A stretch of DNA of 64,000 nucleotides from Terriglobia bacterium (GTDB lineage Bacteria > Acidobacteriota > Terriglobia > Terriglobales > Acidobacteriaceae). Made by a program: the position numbers and the translations under genes. The stretch is taken from NCBI GenBank assembly GCA_020073395.1, contig JAIQFF010000006.1:5431-69430 (forward strand), written 5' to 3'. Positions 17,611 through 28,719 of the stretch are shown here, piece by piece (the first letter of the stretch is position 1; every line of letters starts with the position of its first letter). Under the pieces are notes generated by a model. The model ran no database searches, was not told where the DNA came from, and worked only from the letters and a program-made list of their open reading frames with translations.

Positions 17611-18879
17611 GTGCGAATTCCGATCGAGAACCACTGGCGCGGGCCAGAAGCGGACGTGACGCGGACGCGGCGAACCAGCAAATCGCCTCGACGACTCCTC
17701 GCGGCGACCCTCACCTTAGCGGCGTTAGCCGTCTCCATGGTCGGGTGCAACGCGGGCTCCAAACCTAATACGGCTCGGGCCTTCACCCAGATGGCGGTGC
17801 CTGTCGCCGTCGCCACAGCCGAACGTCGCGACGTGCCCGTGTTCCTGAAAGGGCTGGGCAGCGTAACCGCTTCCAACACGGTCAGCGTGAAGAGCCGGGT
17901 GGACGGACAACTGGCCCAGATCAATTTCACGGAAGGCCAGCACGTGAATAAGGGAGACCTGCTGGCGGTTATCGATCCCCGTCCATTCCAGGTCGCCCTC
18001 GACCAGGCCCAGGCAGCTTTGTTCCGCGACCAGGCCCAACTGAAGGACGCGCGCCTGAATTACGAGCGCTTCAAGAGCTTGCTGGATGATTCGGGAGCGA
18101 TGTCCCGACAGCAGGTGGATACGCAGAGGGCCACTGCAGACCAGTTGGAGGGAGCGGTCCGCTCCGACCAGGCAGCGATCGACAATGCTAAGTTGAACCT
18201 CGTGTACTCGCACATCACGGCTCCGATCAGCGGCCGCATCGGACTGAGGCTGGTGGATGTGGGCAACATGGTGCATGCCGCCGATACAACCCCGTTGTTG
18301 GTGATCACCCAGTTGCAGCCCATTGCGGTCCTGTTTACGCTGCCGGAAGACAGTCTGCTCAATGTGTCCCAGCACATGCACAAGGGCACGCTTCCAGTCG
18401 AAGCCTACAGCCGGGACGATCAAACCCGGTTAGCCACCGGCAAGTTGCTGACCATCGACAATCAGATTGACCAGACCACCGGGACCGGACGTTTAAAAGC
18501 AATGTTCGACAACCCGGACGACGCCCTCTGGCCCAACCAGTTCGTTAACGTGCGGCTGCTGCTGGAGACGCACAAAGGCAGCATCACGATTCCTTCAGTC
18601 GCGGTCCAGAACGGCCCCCAGGGAAGCTATGTATTTACGGTCAAACCCGATAAAACGGTTGCCGTGAGCCCGGTCACGGTTTCGTTCACTCAGAGCAACG
18701 TGGCATCGATCGCCAGCGGAGTCGCCCCTGGAGATGTAGTAGTGGTGGACGGGCAGGACAAGCTGCAAGCCGGAACCAAAGTGGATCCGCACACGGGGGC
18801 CGGGGGCGAAAACCGGAACGCACAGTCCCCTGCCACACAGTACCAGCCTGCACAGTCTTCTCCTACGGGAGCGCCATGA
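17611..18879 (+). CDS. mdtA: RND efflux periplasmic adaptor, MdtA-like
   Basis: GTG start after GGGGGA and a lipobox-like MVGC. Long colinear similarity to E. coli MdtA as I recall it (SRVDGQL..., [27 protein letters not shown]). Confidence 0.8.
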   Translation: MRIPIENHWRGPEADVTRTRRTSKSPRRLLAATLTLAALAVSMVGCNAGSKPNTARAFTQMAVPVAVATAERRDVPVFLKGLGSVTASNTVSVKSRVDGQLAQINFTEGQHVNKGDLLAVIDPRPFQVALDQAQAALFRDQAQLKDARLNYERFKSLLDDSGAMSRQQVDTQRATADQLEGAVRSDQAAIDNAKLNLVYSHITAPISGRIGLRLVDVGNMVHAADTTPLLVITQLQPIAVLFTLPEDSLLNVSQHMHKGTLPVEAYSRDDQTRLATGKLLTIDNQIDQTTGTGRLKAMFDNPDDALWPNQFVNVRLLLETHKGSITIPSVAVQNGPQGSYVFTVKPDKTVAVSPVTVSFTQSNVASIASGVAPGDVVVVDGQDKLQAGTKVDPHTGAGGENRNAQSPATQYQPAQSSPTGAP

Positions 18880-21800
18880 ACCCGTCGCGGCTTTTTATTC
18901 TTCGCCCGGTCGCGACAACTCTGTTGATGATCGGGCTTCTGCTAGTCGGCGTGGTTGCCTACACTCAGCTTCCTGTTTCCGCTCTTCCCGAAGTTGACTA
19001 TCCCACCATCCAGGTTGTGACCTTCTATCCCGGCGCGGACCCCGACGTGATGGCATCATCGGTGACGGCGCCTCTGGAGCGCCAGTTTGGCCAAGTCCCG
19101 GGACTGAGCCAGATGACTTCGACCAGTTCCCTGGGCAGTTCCATCATTACCCTGCAGTTCAATCTCAATGAGAATATCGACGTCGAGGAACAGCAAGTCC
19201 AGGCCGCAATCAACGCCGGCACCACGTATCTTCCGCGCGACCTGCCTAATCCTCCGATCTATAGCAAGGTGAATCCAGCCGATTCCCCCATTCTCACGCT
19301 GGCGCTGACTTCGGATACTCTGCCGCTTTCGAAAGTGGAGGACCTGGCGGACACCGCGCTGGCCCAGAAGATTTCCCAGCTTCCGGGCGTCGGTCTGGTT
19401 TCGATCAGCGGCGGACAGAAACCGGCGGTGCGGATCCAGGCCAATCCCACGGCGCTGGCTTCCTACGGACTGAGTCTGGAAGATATCCGCACCGCGCTCG
19501 CCGCGGCCAATGTCAACCAGGCCAAGGGCGTGCTCGACGGCCCACGCCAGTCCTTCACCATCGGCGCCAATGACCAGTTGAGTTCGAGCGCGCAGTACAA
19601 CAACGTGGTGGTGGCTTACAAGAACGGAGCGCCGGTCCGGCTTTCCGATATCGCCACCGCCATCGATAGCGCCGAAAATGTTAAGCAGGCCGCCTGGATG
19701 AACACGACCCCGGCGGTGATCGTAAACATTCAGCGCCAGCCCGGCAGCAACATTATCAGCGTCGCCGACCGGGTCAAGCTGCTCCTGAAACAACTGCAAT
19801 CGTCGCTGCCCGCGGCGATCAAAGTGCAGGTGCTTACCGACCGTACCGAAACCATTCGAGCGTCGGTGAAAGACGTTCAGTTTGAACTGATGCTCACCGT
19901 CGGGCTGGTGGTGATGGTGATCTTCCTGTTCCTGCGGAACCTCTCGGCCACCGTCATTCCCAGCGTTGCCGTCCCGCTCTCGCTGGTGGGAACGTTCGGG
20001 GTCATGTACCTGCTTGGATACAGCTTGAACAACCTGACCCTGATGGCGTTGACCATCTCCACCGGATTTGTGGTCGATGACGCCATCGTGATGATTGAAA
20101 ACATCGAGCGCTTCCTGGAAGAGGGCGAATCGCCGCTGGAAGCCGCTTTGAAGGGAGCGGGCCAGATTGGTTTCACCATCGTGTCGCTGACGGTATCGCT
20201 GATTGCGGTGCTTATCCCCTTGCTGTTCATGGGCGACATCGTGGGACGGTTGTTCCGCGAATTTGCCGTGACCCTGGCGGTCACCATTCTGGTTTCGGCC
20301 GTGGTATCGCTGACCCTGACGCCGATGATGTGCGCCAAACTCCTGAAGCGGCATGATCCTAAACATCAAAGCCGTTTTTACAGGTCCACGGAAAATTTCT
20401 ACAACCGGGTCATCGAATTTTACGGCCGCACTTTGAAATTTGTGCTGCAGCACCAGACCATCACCCTGCTGGTCACCGTCGGCACTTTGGTCCTGACGCT
20501 GTTTCTGTACGTGGTGGTGCCCAAAGGTTTTTTCCCGGTGCAGGATACGGGCGTGATTCTTGGCATTTCGGAAGGACCGCAGAATGTTTCCTTCCCCGCG
20601 CTGGCCAAGAGCCAGCAGGCGCTGGCCCAGGTCATTCTCAAAGATCCCGACGTGCAAAGCCTTTCGTCCTTTATCGGAATCGATGGCACCAACTCCACCC
20701 CGAACAGCGGACGCATTCAGATTAACCTGAAGCCGCGTGACCAGCGCAAAACAGCCGCCACCGATATTATCCGCAGGCTGCAGCCGGAGCTGGCCCGGGT
20801 CAACGGCATCACCTTGTATATGCAGCCGGTGCAGGACCTGACGGTGGAAGACCGGGTCAGCCGTACCCAATACCAATACTCGATGGAAGATGCCGACGCG
20901 CAAGAGCTGTCGGTCTGGGCCACTCGACTGGTCGATGAACTGCGTAAGCTGCCTTCTATGCGCGACGTCGCCACCGATCAGCAGAATGGCGGCCTCAAGG
21001 CCGAGCTGGTTATTGATCGTGATACCGCGTCGCGTTTGGGCATATTGCCCCAGGCGATCGACGATACTCTGTATGACGCCTTCGGGCAGCGCCAGGTCTC
21101 TACCATTTTTACCCAGTTGAACCAGTACCACGTGGTACTCGAAGTGGACCCGCAGTTTTCGCAAAATCCCGATTCGCTGAAGAATATTTACGTGCACTCC
21201 AACACCGGGATGCAGGTCCCGCTTGCGTCCTTCAGTCACTTTCAGACTTCCAACACGGCCCTGGCAGTGAATCACCAGGGGCAGTTCCCGGTGGTCACGC
21301 TGTCGTTCAATCTGGCGCCGGGAGTTTCTCTGGGAGAGGCGACGCAAGCGATACAGCAGGCGGAACAGGACATTCATCTTCCGCCCAGCATTCATACCAG
21401 CTTCCAGGGAACGGCCGCGGCGTTTCGAAACTCACTTTCCTCCGAGCCCTGGCTGATTCTGGCCGCCATCGTCACCGTGTACATCGTGTTGGGCGTGCTC
21501 TATGAAAGCTACATTCATCCTGTGACCATCCTTTCCACACTGCCTTCGGCTGGCGTGGGCGCGATTCTCGCGCTGCTGTTGACCGGCAACGATCTGGGAG
21601 TGGTAGCGCTGATCGGCATAATCCTTCTGATCGGTATCGTGAAGAAGAATGCCATCATGATGATCGACTTCGCACTCGAAGCGGAACGGGTGGAGCACAA
21701 ACCGCCGGAAGAGGCGATCTTCCAGGCTTGCCTGCTGCGTTTCCGTCCCATCATGATGACTACTATGGCGGCGCTGCTGGGCGGCCTTCCGCTGGCACTG

Positions 21801-21992
21801 GGAAGCGGCACCGGATCGGAGTTGCGCCACCCCTTGGGCATCACCATCGTCGGCGGCCTGCTGGTGAGCCAGTTGCTCACGCTTTACACCACGCCGGTCG
21901 TGTATCTCTGGTTCGACCGGCTGGCACAGCGTTTCTCACACTTGAACATCGGCAACACTATTGAGGAGCCGAGCGGGGCCCCGGCGGACTAG
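18876..21992 (+). CDS. mdtB: RND inner-membrane transporter, MdtB-like (AcrB/HAE1 superfamily)
   Basis: 1038 aa with the N-terminus [18 protein letters not shown] and the typical 12-TM, two-large-loop RND layout. It overlaps mdtA by 4 nt. Confidence 0.85.
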   Translation: MNPSRLFILRPVATTLLMIGLLLVGVVAYTQLPVSALPEVDYPTIQVVTFYPGADPDVMASSVTAPLERQFGQVPGLSQMTSTSSLGSSIITLQFNLNENIDVEEQQVQAAINAGTTYLPRDLPNPPIYSKVNPADSPILTLALTSDTLPLSKVEDLADTALAQKISQLPGVGLVSISGGQKPAVRIQANPTALASYGLSLEDIRTALAAANVNQAKGVLDGPRQSFTIGANDQLSSSAQYNNVVVAYKNGAPVRLSDIATAIDSAENVKQAAWMNTTPAVIVNIQRQPGSNIISVADRVKLLLKQLQSSLPAAIKVQVLTDRTETIRASVKDVQFELMLTVGLVVMVIFLFLRNLSATVIPSVAVPLSLVGTFGVMYLLGYSLNNLTLMALTISTGFVVDDAIVMIENIERFLEEGESPLEAALKGAGQIGFTIVSLTVSLIAVLIPLLFMGDIVGRLFREFAVTLAVTILVSAVVSLTLTPMMCAKLLKRHDPKHQSRFYRSTENFYNRVIEFYGRTLKFVLQHQTITLLVTVGTLVLTLFLYVVVPKGFFPVQDTGVILGISEGPQNVSFPALAKSQQALAQVILKDPDVQSLSSFIGIDGTNSTPNSGRIQINLKPRDQRKTAATDIIRRLQPELARVNGITLYMQPVQDLTVEDRVSRTQYQYSMEDADAQELSVWATRLVDELRKLPSMRDVATDQQNGGLKAELVIDRDTASRLGILPQAIDDTLYDAFGQRQVSTIFTQLNQYHVVLEVDPQFSQNPDSLKNIYVHSNTGMQVPLASFSHFQTSNTALAVNHQGQFPVVTLSFNLAPGVSLGEATQAIQQAEQDIHLPPSIHTSFQGTAAAFRNSLSSEPWLILAAIVTVYIVLGVLYESYIHPVTILSTLPSAGVGAILALLLTGNDLGVVALIGIILLIGIVKKNAIMMIDFALEAERVEHKPPEEAIFQACLLRFRPIMMTTMAALLGGLPLALGSGTGSELRHPLGITIVGGLLVSQLLTLYTTPVVYLWFDRLAQRFSHLNIGNTIEEPSGAPAD

Positions 21993-22010
21993 CCGTCTTT
22001 GGATTCGGGC

Positions 22011-25000
22011 ATGAATATTTCCGCGCCATTCATTAAGCGTCCGATTGGCACCTCGTTGCTGGCAGCAGCGCTGCTCATGGCGGGGGCGCTGGCCTTTAAT
22101 TACCTGCCGGTCGCTCCGCTGCCCCAGGTCGAGTTCCCGGTCATCTCGGTCGGGGCCGGACTGCCGGGCGCGAGCCCAGAGACCATGGCTTCGGCGGTGG
22201 CAACCCCGTTGGAGCGCCAGTTCGGCCGCATCGCCGGCGTCAACCAGATGACTTCGACCAGCCAGTTGGGGTCAACCAATATCACCTTGCAGTTCGACCT
22301 CAATCGCAATATCGATGCGGCGGCGCGCGATGTGCAAGCCGCCATCAACGCGGCCCGAAGCCAGCTTCCCGCCAACTTGCCGGGTAATCCTACCTATCGG
22401 AAAGTGAATCCGGCGGACGCGCCCATCCTCATTCTGGCCCTCACCTCCGACATCATCACTTTGCCGCGCATGTACGACGCCGCCGATTCGATCCTGTCCC
22501 AGAAACTGGCGCAGGTGGAAGGAGTCGGACAGGTGTTCGCAGGCGGAGGCGCCAAACCTGCGGTTCGTGCCGAGTTGAATCCCACTTTGCTGAACAAGTT
22601 GGGCATCAGCCTGGACACAGTCCGCACCGCCCTGGGCAGCGCCAACGCCAACCGGCCGAAAGGCGCGATCGACGGTCCGATCAATGCCTGGACTCTGGAC
22701 GCCAATGATCAGATCTTTACCGCTGATCAGTATCGCCGCTTGATCGTTTCCTACAACAAGGGCGCGCCCGTGCGACTGGGCGATGTGGGCAGCGTGGCAG
22801 ATTCCGTGGAAGACATCCGCAATATGGGGCTATCCAGCGGGAAGCCTGCGGTCCTGATCATCATCTTCCGGCAGCCCGGCGCGAACATCATAGCCACCGT
22901 GGACCGCGTGCGCGCCACCCTGCCCCTGCTGAGATCCTCCATCTCGCCGGCGATTGACGTAAGCGTTGTCATGGATCGCACCACCACGGTGCGGGCCTCG
23001 GTGCATGACATCGAAGTCACATTGATTATTTCCGTCATCCTGGTCATTCTTGTGGTTTTCGCGTTTCTGCGCACCTTCCGGGCCACGATCATCCCCAGCG
23101 TTGCGGTCCCGTTGTCGCTGGTGGGAACGTTCGGAATGATGTACCTGCTGAACTACAGCCTGGACAATCTTTCCCTGATGGCGCTCGCCATTTCAACCGG
23201 CTTCGTGGTAGACGACGCCATCGTGGTGCTGGAAAACATCACACGCCATATTGAGGATGGCATGGCTCCGGTGGCAGCCGCGTTCCGGGGTGCCCGCGAG
23301 ATCGGCTTTACCGTGCTCTCCATGAGCACGTCGCTGGTGGCGGTCTTCATTCCGATTCTGCTGATGGGAGGCATCGTCGGCCGTCTGTTCCGGGAGTTTG
23401 CCGTCACTCTGAGCGTGGCCATCGCGGTTTCGCTGCTGCTCTCTCTCACTCTAACTCCGATGATGTGCGCGAAATTTCTCCGTTCGGCGGACCAAGAGAA
23501 GCACGGCCGAATCTATCGCTTCAGCGAGAAGATTTTTGACACGACTCTTAGGCTGTATAGCCGCGCGTTGAAACTGGTTCTCCGCCACCAGCCCCTGACC
23601 CTGCTGATCACGATCGGGACGGCGGCGCTCAGCGTTTATCTCTACATTGTCGTTCCTAAGGGGTTCTTTCCGCAGCAGGACACGGGACGCGTGATGGGAT
23701 CAGTGCAAGCGGCACAGGATATTTCGTTCGCCGCCATGCAGGCAAAGATGAAGCAGTTTGTGTCCATCGTGATGCAAGACCCCGCGGTCGAAACCGTGGT
23801 GGGGTTCGCCGGCGGCAACACCTCGGCGAACAGCGGCCGCATGTTCGTCACGCTGACGCCGCTGTCCCAGCGCAAGATAAGCGCCGACCAGGTGATTGGC
23901 CGGCTGCGGCGCAAGCTGGCCGTGGTGCCTGGGGCCACTCTTTTCATGCAATCGGCGCAGGACCTCACTATCGGCGGACGCCAGAGCCAGGCACAGTTTC
24001 AGTACACTCTGCAGGGCGAGAACCTGAATGACCTGAACTATTGGTCCCCGCTCCTGCTGCAGAAGTTGCGCTCACTGCCCGAGCTGCGCGACGTCAATAC
24101 CGACCAGCAGGACAAGGGACTCGAAGCCACTGTCATCATTGACCGAGACACTGCGGCGCGGCTCGGCGTGGACGCAGGGGATGTCGATAATGCTCTATAC
24201 GACGCCTTCGGACAGCGCCAAGTGTCAATCATGTACAAGGCGTTGAACCAATATCACGTGGTCATGGAAGTGGCTCCGCAGTTTTCCAACAGTACCGACG
24301 CGTTGCAGAATATTTACGTTCGCGCCGCCAACGGGACGGCGGTCCCCCTGTCTTCCTTTGCTCACTTCGGTCCTTCCAACACGCCTCTGGCGGTCAGCCA
24401 TCAGGGCCAATATCCCTCGGTGACGTTGTCTTTCAATCTCGCCCCTGACGTGTCTCTGGGCGCCGCGACGGACGCGATCGACAAAGCGCAGCGCGCCATC
24501 AACTTTCCTCCCACCATCAACGCCAGCTTTCAGGGGACGGCGGCGGCCTTCCAATCCTCCCTGGCCAGCGAGCCCTTGCTGATTCTGGCGGCGCTGATCA
24601 CGGTATATCTGGTGTTGGGCATGCTCTACGAAAGTTACATCCATCCCATCACCATCCTTTCCACCCTGCCTTCCGCCGGCGTCGGCGCCATCCTCGCCTT
24701 GTTGTTGACTCACAGCGAGCTCAACGTGATGGGACTGATCGGCATCATCCTGCTCATTGGCATTGTGAAAAAGAACGCCATCATGATGATCGATTTCGCC
24801 CTGGAGACGGAACGTGCAGGCAAAACTCCGGCAGAGTCAATCTATGAAGCCTGCATTCGCCGCTTCCGCCCCATCATGATGACCACCATGGCTGCGCTGT
24901 TGGGCGGACTTCCCCTGGCCCTGGGCACAGGCACGGGGTCGGAACTGAGGCGGCCGCTCGGAATCACGATTGTCGGCGGCCTGATCATGAGCCAAGCGCT

Positions 25001-25130
25001 CACTCTCTTCACCACGCCCGTCGTCTATCTTTATCTCGATCGCCTCCGCCTGATGCTGGGACGCCAAAGCCACGTGGATCCGAACCAGATGGCGCCGCTC
25101 TCTCCGCGGCCCACGCCCGCTGGCGATTAG
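22011..25130 (+). CDS. mdtC: RND inner-membrane transporter, MdtC-like
   Basis: It is the second RND paralogue, directly downstream. I moved the start to the ATG at 22011 (MNISAPFIKRPIGTSLL). Confidence 0.85.
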   Translation: MNISAPFIKRPIGTSLLAAALLMAGALAFNYLPVAPLPQVEFPVISVGAGLPGASPETMASAVATPLERQFGRIAGVNQMTSTSQLGSTNITLQFDLNRNIDAAARDVQAAINAARSQLPANLPGNPTYRKVNPADAPILILALTSDIITLPRMYDAADSILSQKLAQVEGVGQVFAGGGAKPAVRAELNPTLLNKLGISLDTVRTALGSANANRPKGAIDGPINAWTLDANDQIFTADQYRRLIVSYNKGAPVRLGDVGSVADSVEDIRNMGLSSGKPAVLIIIFRQPGANIIATVDRVRATLPLLRSSISPAIDVSVVMDRTTTVRASVHDIEVTLIISVILVILVVFAFLRTFRATIIPSVAVPLSLVGTFGMMYLLNYSLDNLSLMALAISTGFVVDDAIVVLENITRHIEDGMAPVAAAFRGAREIGFTVLSMSTSLVAVFIPILLMGGIVGRLFREFAVTLSVAIAVSLLLSLTLTPMMCAKFLRSADQEKHGRIYRFSEKIFDTTLRLYSRALKLVLRHQPLTLLITIGTAALSVYLYIVVPKGFFPQQDTGRVMGSVQAAQDISFAAMQAKMKQFVSIVMQDPAVETVVGFAGGNTSANSGRMFVTLTPLSQRKISADQVIGRLRRKLAVVPGATLFMQSAQDLTIGGRQSQAQFQYTLQGENLNDLNYWSPLLLQKLRSLPELRDVNTDQQDKGLEATVIIDRDTAARLGVDAGDVDNALYDAFGQRQVSIMYKALNQYHVVMEVAPQFSNSTDALQNIYVRAANGTAVPLSSFAHFGPSNTPLAVSHQGQYPSVTLSFNLAPDVSLGAATDAIDKAQRAINFPPTINASFQGTAAAFQSSLASEPLLILAALITVYLVLGMLYESYIHPITILSTLPSAGVGAILALLLTHSELNVMGLIGIILLIGIVKKNAIMMIDFALETERAGKTPAESIYEACIRRFRPIMMTTMAALLGGLPLALGTGTGSELRRPLGITIVGGLIMSQALTLFTTPVVYLYLDRLRLMLGRQSHVDPNQMAPLSPRPTPAGD

Positions 25131-25161
25131 TCTTGGCAGTGAAACGTGGCAATTGAGGCCC

Positions 25162-25563
25162 TTATTGCGGCTCTGGCACGGAGACGCCGGGCTTCACATC
25201 CACATTGTGATACACCGCGATTTTCCATTCACCATTATTCTTCACGAAGACTTGCAGTAACCGGGTCCGCAGGCGTCCCTTCGCGTCGGCGCTTGTGCCC
25301 GGAAACAATTTCTGAACGCCGTTTACCGTTTGCAGCGTTTCCACAACGGCAACATCCGGCCGCCAGAACCTAATGGAAACAACATCCTCCTGCTTGGTCG
25401 TTCCGCGGAATGCCCCCTTGAAGATTTGGTCATGTCTCTCCCGAAACGCATCATGCCCGGTGAAAAACATTCCCAGAATATTCGTGAAGGTGCCATCGGC
25501 GGCGAAGTGCCGCGAGTAAGACTGACAGTAAGAACGTATCACCGGCAGACAGCCCGGCGCCAC
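25162..25563 (-). CDS. NTF2-like SgcJ/EcaC / DUF4440-type protein
   Basis: FTNILGMFFTGHDAFRERHDQIFKGAFRG...LLQVFVKNNGEWKIAVYHN matches the SnoaL/DUF4440 pattern. The N-terminus looks short, so the start is uncertain. Confidence 0.5.
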   Translation of the reverse strand: MAPGCLPVIRSYCQSYSRHFAADGTFTNILGMFFTGHDAFRERHDQIFKGAFRGTTKQEDVVSIRFWRPDVAVVETLQTVNGVQKLFPGTSADAKGRLRTRLLQVFVKNNGEWKIAVYHNVDVKPGVSVPEPQ

Positions 25564-25616
25564 CTCTGGGCGACAAGCTTAGCCTCGCTGCTGAGGTATC
25601 GCTCTGGCATGCAAGC

Positions 25617-26480
25617 TCAGTGTCGGTGGCCGTGGCGGTGAGGATGGGAATGAAGCTCGCCTGGAGCATGCGCGTGGCGATGGGCGTGAACGAGATTCGT
25701 ATTGAGCAGCAGTGCATGGTCGTTCAAGATCTCTGTCGGCGTGCCTGCCGCGACAATGCGGCCGCGCCGGAAGATATGACAGTAGTCCGCGACGTCCTCC
25801 ACCAGGTCGAGATCGTGAGTGGCCGTGACCACCGTCTTGCGGCCGCCGCTGCAACTCACCAGAAAATCGATCATCTGGCTCTCGCTCTTGGGGTCAAGCG
25901 CGGCGGTGGGTTCGTCCAGGAGGAGGACTTCAGGATCGAGGATCAGCACCGAGGCCAACGCAACCCGCTTCTTCTCTCCGGTCGAGAGGTGATGAGGCGA
26001 TCGGTCTTTTAAATTGCCGATCTCCATCTGCTCCAAAATCTCGCTGACGCGAAGACGAACCTGCTCCTTGGGCCAATGCAACTGCAGCGGCCCGAAAGCC
26101 ACTTCGTCAAAGACGGTCGGATTAAACAACTGGACGTCGGGGTTCTGAAACACCAGCGCCACCCGGCGCCGGAAGGCGAATTCAACCTCTCCGATCAGGC
26201 GGTCCTCTGCCAGGGGTTCGCCCTGGAAGGCAACGCTGCCCTTTTCCGGAAAGCAAAGGCCGTCAAGCATGCTGAGCAGCGTTGACTTGCCGGAACCGTT
26301 TGCTCCCAGCAGGACGATTCTCTGGCCCGGCATGATGGTGAGATTCAGTCCGTCCAGCGCGGTCACTTCGCGATAGCTGTAGGTGACATCGCGTACTTCG
26401 AAGATGGGGACGGTCACGACTCTTCCTTCCTGCAACCTTCGCGTAGATTTCCTGGTGCTGATACCACTCTTAACGTCCAA
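25617..26480 (-). CDS. cbiO: ECF-transporter ATPase (CbiO/NikO type) with a His-rich C-terminal tail
   Basis: Walker A GANGSGKST, signature LSTGEKKRV, Walker B LLLDEPT. The tail is HAHRHAHAPGELHSHPHRHGHRH. Confidence 0.85.
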   Translation of the reverse strand: MDVKSGISTRKSTRRLQEGRVVTVPIFEVRDVTYSYREVTALDGLNLTIMPGQRIVLLGANGSGKSTLLSMLDGLCFPEKGSVAFQGEPLAEDRLIGEVEFAFRRRVALVFQNPDVQLFNPTVFDEVAFGPLQLHWPKEQVRLRVSEILEQMEIGNLKDRSPHHLSTGEKKRVALASVLILDPEVLLLDEPTAALDPKSESQMIDFLVSCSGGRKTVVTATHDLDLVEDVADYCHIFRRGRIVAAGTPTEILNDHALLLNTNLVHAHRHAHAPGELHSHPHRHGHRH

Positions 26481-27303
26481 ACCAGAAAGCCAGAAACGCT
26501 ACCGTGATGAATAGAGCCAGCATCGCCCAGTCAAACCAGTTGGTCCGGAATTCGTCCAGCACATACACTTCGCCTTGAAAGCCACGCGAACGCATAGCCA
26601 GGTACACATCGCCGCTGAGCTGAATTGTTTTGGACATCAGCACGCCCACGCTGGCCGTGGCCGCCCGTCGCTGCTCCGGGCCATCGAGACGGCCCACGAT
26701 GCGGCTCTTGCGGGAGGTGAACATGTCATGGGCATTTCGCAGCAACAGAAAAATATAGCGATAGGTCATGCCCAGGACCACCACCAGTACCACCGGCAAC
26801 CGGAGCACGCGCAGCGCTTTGAGGACGTTGCTCCAGGGAGTGCAGAGCACCAGCAGAACCGAAAAAGTCGCAGCCGTCTCCGCCCGCATGATGAGGTAGA
26901 TGGCGGCGCGCAATCCCTGTGCAGTGACGGTCCAGCCGAGAAGCGGCAAACTGGAGATTGCCGGGCCGGGTGTGAGGAACAAAGCCGGGAACGAGATGAA
27001 TCCAGTGAATGTGAGCACGCCTAACCAGACTCTCCTGGCCAGCGTACCCAAAGGAACACTTGAGAGCAAAGCTATGGCGACCGCCAAGGCAAAAAGAACG
27101 GCGATCACCCACAACCGGCGCGCCAGCGCCGCGATGACGATCAGAGGCAAGATCGCCACAATTTTGACTCGCGGGTCAAGCTTTTGTAGCAGGCCGTTTT
27201 TCTTGGCCAGCTCCTCGGCATAGAACGCGTGCTCCAGGGCATCAACAAAAGACGCAAGACTACGCTCGACTACTCCGCGCGAGTTTTTTCCGGCGCGAGT
27301 CAT
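26470..27303 (-). CDS. cbiQ: ECF-transporter T component (CbiQ/NikQ type)
   Basis: 277-aa polytopic protein between the M and O components, overlapping both neighbours. Confidence 0.75.
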   Translation of the reverse strand: MTRAGKNSRGVVERSLASFVDALEHAFYAEELAKKNGLLQKLDPRVKIVAILPLIVIAALARRLWVIAVLFALAVAIALLSSVPLGTLARRVWLGVLTFTGFISFPALFLTPGPAISSLPLLGWTVTAQGLRAAIYLIMRAETAATFSVLLVLCTPWSNVLKALRVLRLPVVLVVVLGMTYRYIFLLLRNAHDMFTSRKSRIVGRLDGPEQRRAATASVGVLMSKTIQLSGDVYLAMRSRGFQGEVYVLDEFRTNWFDWAMLALFITVAFLAFWFGR

Positions 27304-28391
27304 GGCGAAGTCCCGGAATCAACTGAGCCGCGCTTGCCGATCATCCAGCCCATGAACAAGAAGAACCCAAGAATCAGGCCGCAGCCGAACATGGCTGACA
27401 TCACATAGCCAAAAGCAGGATGGTGCACAAATGGAGGAGCATACTTTGGAAAAGGCGCGCTCCATAAAGAAGAGAGTCGCGCCAGCCCCCTCGGCTGTTC
27501 GGAGGGAGGCGCGACCTGGCCTGAGGCGGCCGTGATCTGCCGCCGCATTTGCGCATCGGAAAAATCTTTCGCCTCCCATTCCCCCCAGGCCGTACCCGCC
27601 GCCAGAATTCCGAGAGGGGTCAGAAGCATGAGCAGAGCTAGACGAATCCAAAGCGGGCGGGTCGTCTTCCAACCCGAGGCTGCGGCCGGCGAGGCATCCT
27701 CCTTAGCGCCGGCAGCAGATCTCTGTCCCAGCAATGCAGGATTCGTACGCTGCAAATAAGCAACCACTCCGCCCGCCACGAACAGTTCCGCCAATCCAGC
27801 GAAAGTCAGATGGCCCAGCATCATCGCAGGAATCGCGATGTGGAGCGCATAGGGGGCATACAGAGGAGCGCCGCTCGCGTCCTTGAAGAACAGCGGCTGA
27901 ATTCCCAACTCGAATGCGGTAAGAAGTGCCGCAACGTTGATAGCTGTATACCCTGCCAGCGCTGCGGCGATAACTCGTCGCGAGGACGTGACCGCCGTCC
28001 GGCCTGCCACCGCCCGGTAGGTGAAATGCGCGACCAGGGAACCCACAATCGCCATGTTGAAACTGTTGGCGCCGAAGGTGGTGATTCCGCCGTCTCCAAA
28101 AAACACTGCCTGGATCAGCAACGCAATCGATACCGAGAGCATGGATGCCCAGGGCCCAAGCACGACGGTCGCCGCCCCCACTCCCACCGCATGCCCCGTA
28201 GTCCCGCCCGGGAGGGGAACGTTAAACATCATGATGACAAAACAGAACGCGCTGGCCACCGCAAGCAGCGGTACCAGGCGCGTGTTCATCAGTCGCTTGA
28301 CGCGAGCGAACGCCGTGTACCAGAAGGGTATCGCGGTGCCGTAGAGCAGGGCGCAAGTCGAAGGACTCAGATAGCCGTCAGGAATGTGCAT
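27300..28391 (-). CDS. cbiM: Cobalt/nickel ECF substrate component CbiM/NikM fused to a CbiN/PDGLE-like C-terminal segment
   Basis: The N-terminus MHIPDGYLSP is the CbiM/NikM signature. The C-terminal extension carries LLTPLGILAAGTAWGEWE (PDGLE-like). Confidence 0.85.
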   Translation of the reverse strand: MHIPDGYLSPSTCALLYGTAIPFWYTAFARVKRLMNTRLVPLLAVASAFCFVIMMFNVPLPGGTTGHAVGVGAATVVLGPWASMLSVSIALLIQAVFFGDGGITTFGANSFNMAIVGSLVAHFTYRAVAGRTAVTSSRRVIAAALAGYTAINVAALLTAFELGIQPLFFKDASGAPLYAPYALHIAIPAMMLGHLTFAGLAELFVAGGVVAYLQRTNPALLGQRSAAGAKEDASPAAASGWKTTRPLWIRLALLMLLTPLGILAAGTAWGEWEAKDFSDAQMRRQITAASGQVAPPSEQPRGLARLSSLWSAPFPKYAPPFVHHPAFGYVMSAMFGCGLILGFFLFMGWMIGKRGSVDSGTSP

Positions 28392-28399
28392 GCGTCAGG

Positions 28400-28610
28400 C
28401 AATGGATCCGCATCGCTTTGAAATGGCGCGGAGCGCGCCCATTACTCGTGGATAAACGGGCACGGCAAGCGTCAGGGTAGCACAAATGTGAGCTTCGTGT
28501 TACTCCAGTGACGGCAGTTCCCCAACACCCCTTACCGGTTTCGCGTGCACGGAACGCCGGGATATCCCATCGGATTCGCCGTGGGGCTCACCTTCCGGTT
28601 GTTCGAGAAG
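28400..28610 (-). promoter_or_regulatory. Long structured 5' leader of cbiM, weak candidate for a cobalamin-type riboswitch
   Basis: Read in the minus-strand sense, GGAAGGUGAG...GCGAAUCC, ACUGCCGUCACUGG and CCCUGACGCUUGCCG loosely resemble the GGUG..AAUCC, GCCACUG and B12-box blocks. None of them matches the consensus cleanly. Confidence 0.25.
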
Positions 28611-28615
28611 TAAGA

Positions 28616-28662
28616 GTAGCGCCGGCATCTTGCCGGCTGTCCCGAGGGCATCTTGCCCTCGG
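28616..28662 (-). repeat. REP-like tandem hairpins (second locus of the GGCAAGATGCC element)
   Basis: 28616-28641 is the exact reverse complement of 3537-3562. The adjacent hairpin CCGAGGGCA-tct-TGCCCTCGG (28642-28662) has the same core with a different, still complementary outer stem. Confidence 0.8.
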
Positions 28663-28719
28663 CCTTGAAGCGGGCGAGGGCGGAGTCGCGGGGCCGGCAA
28701 TCCTCTAGTTCCGCGTCGG

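Noticed and set aside
19056-21395. Very long antisense ORFs, for example 779 aa opposite mdtB. Others are 49690-50475 opposite the ATPase, 10084-10740 opposite the OMP gene, and 8018-8728.
   Set aside because: The opposite strand carries ORFs with unmistakable family motifs. The antisense products are Arg/Gly/His-rich low-complexity sequences typical of stop-poor frames in GC-rich DNA.
17611-25130. The mdtABC-type RND operon as a candidate novelty.
   Set aside because: It has ordinary adaptor + two RND paralogues architecture, colinear with the well-known MdtABC. Only its upstream region is noted.
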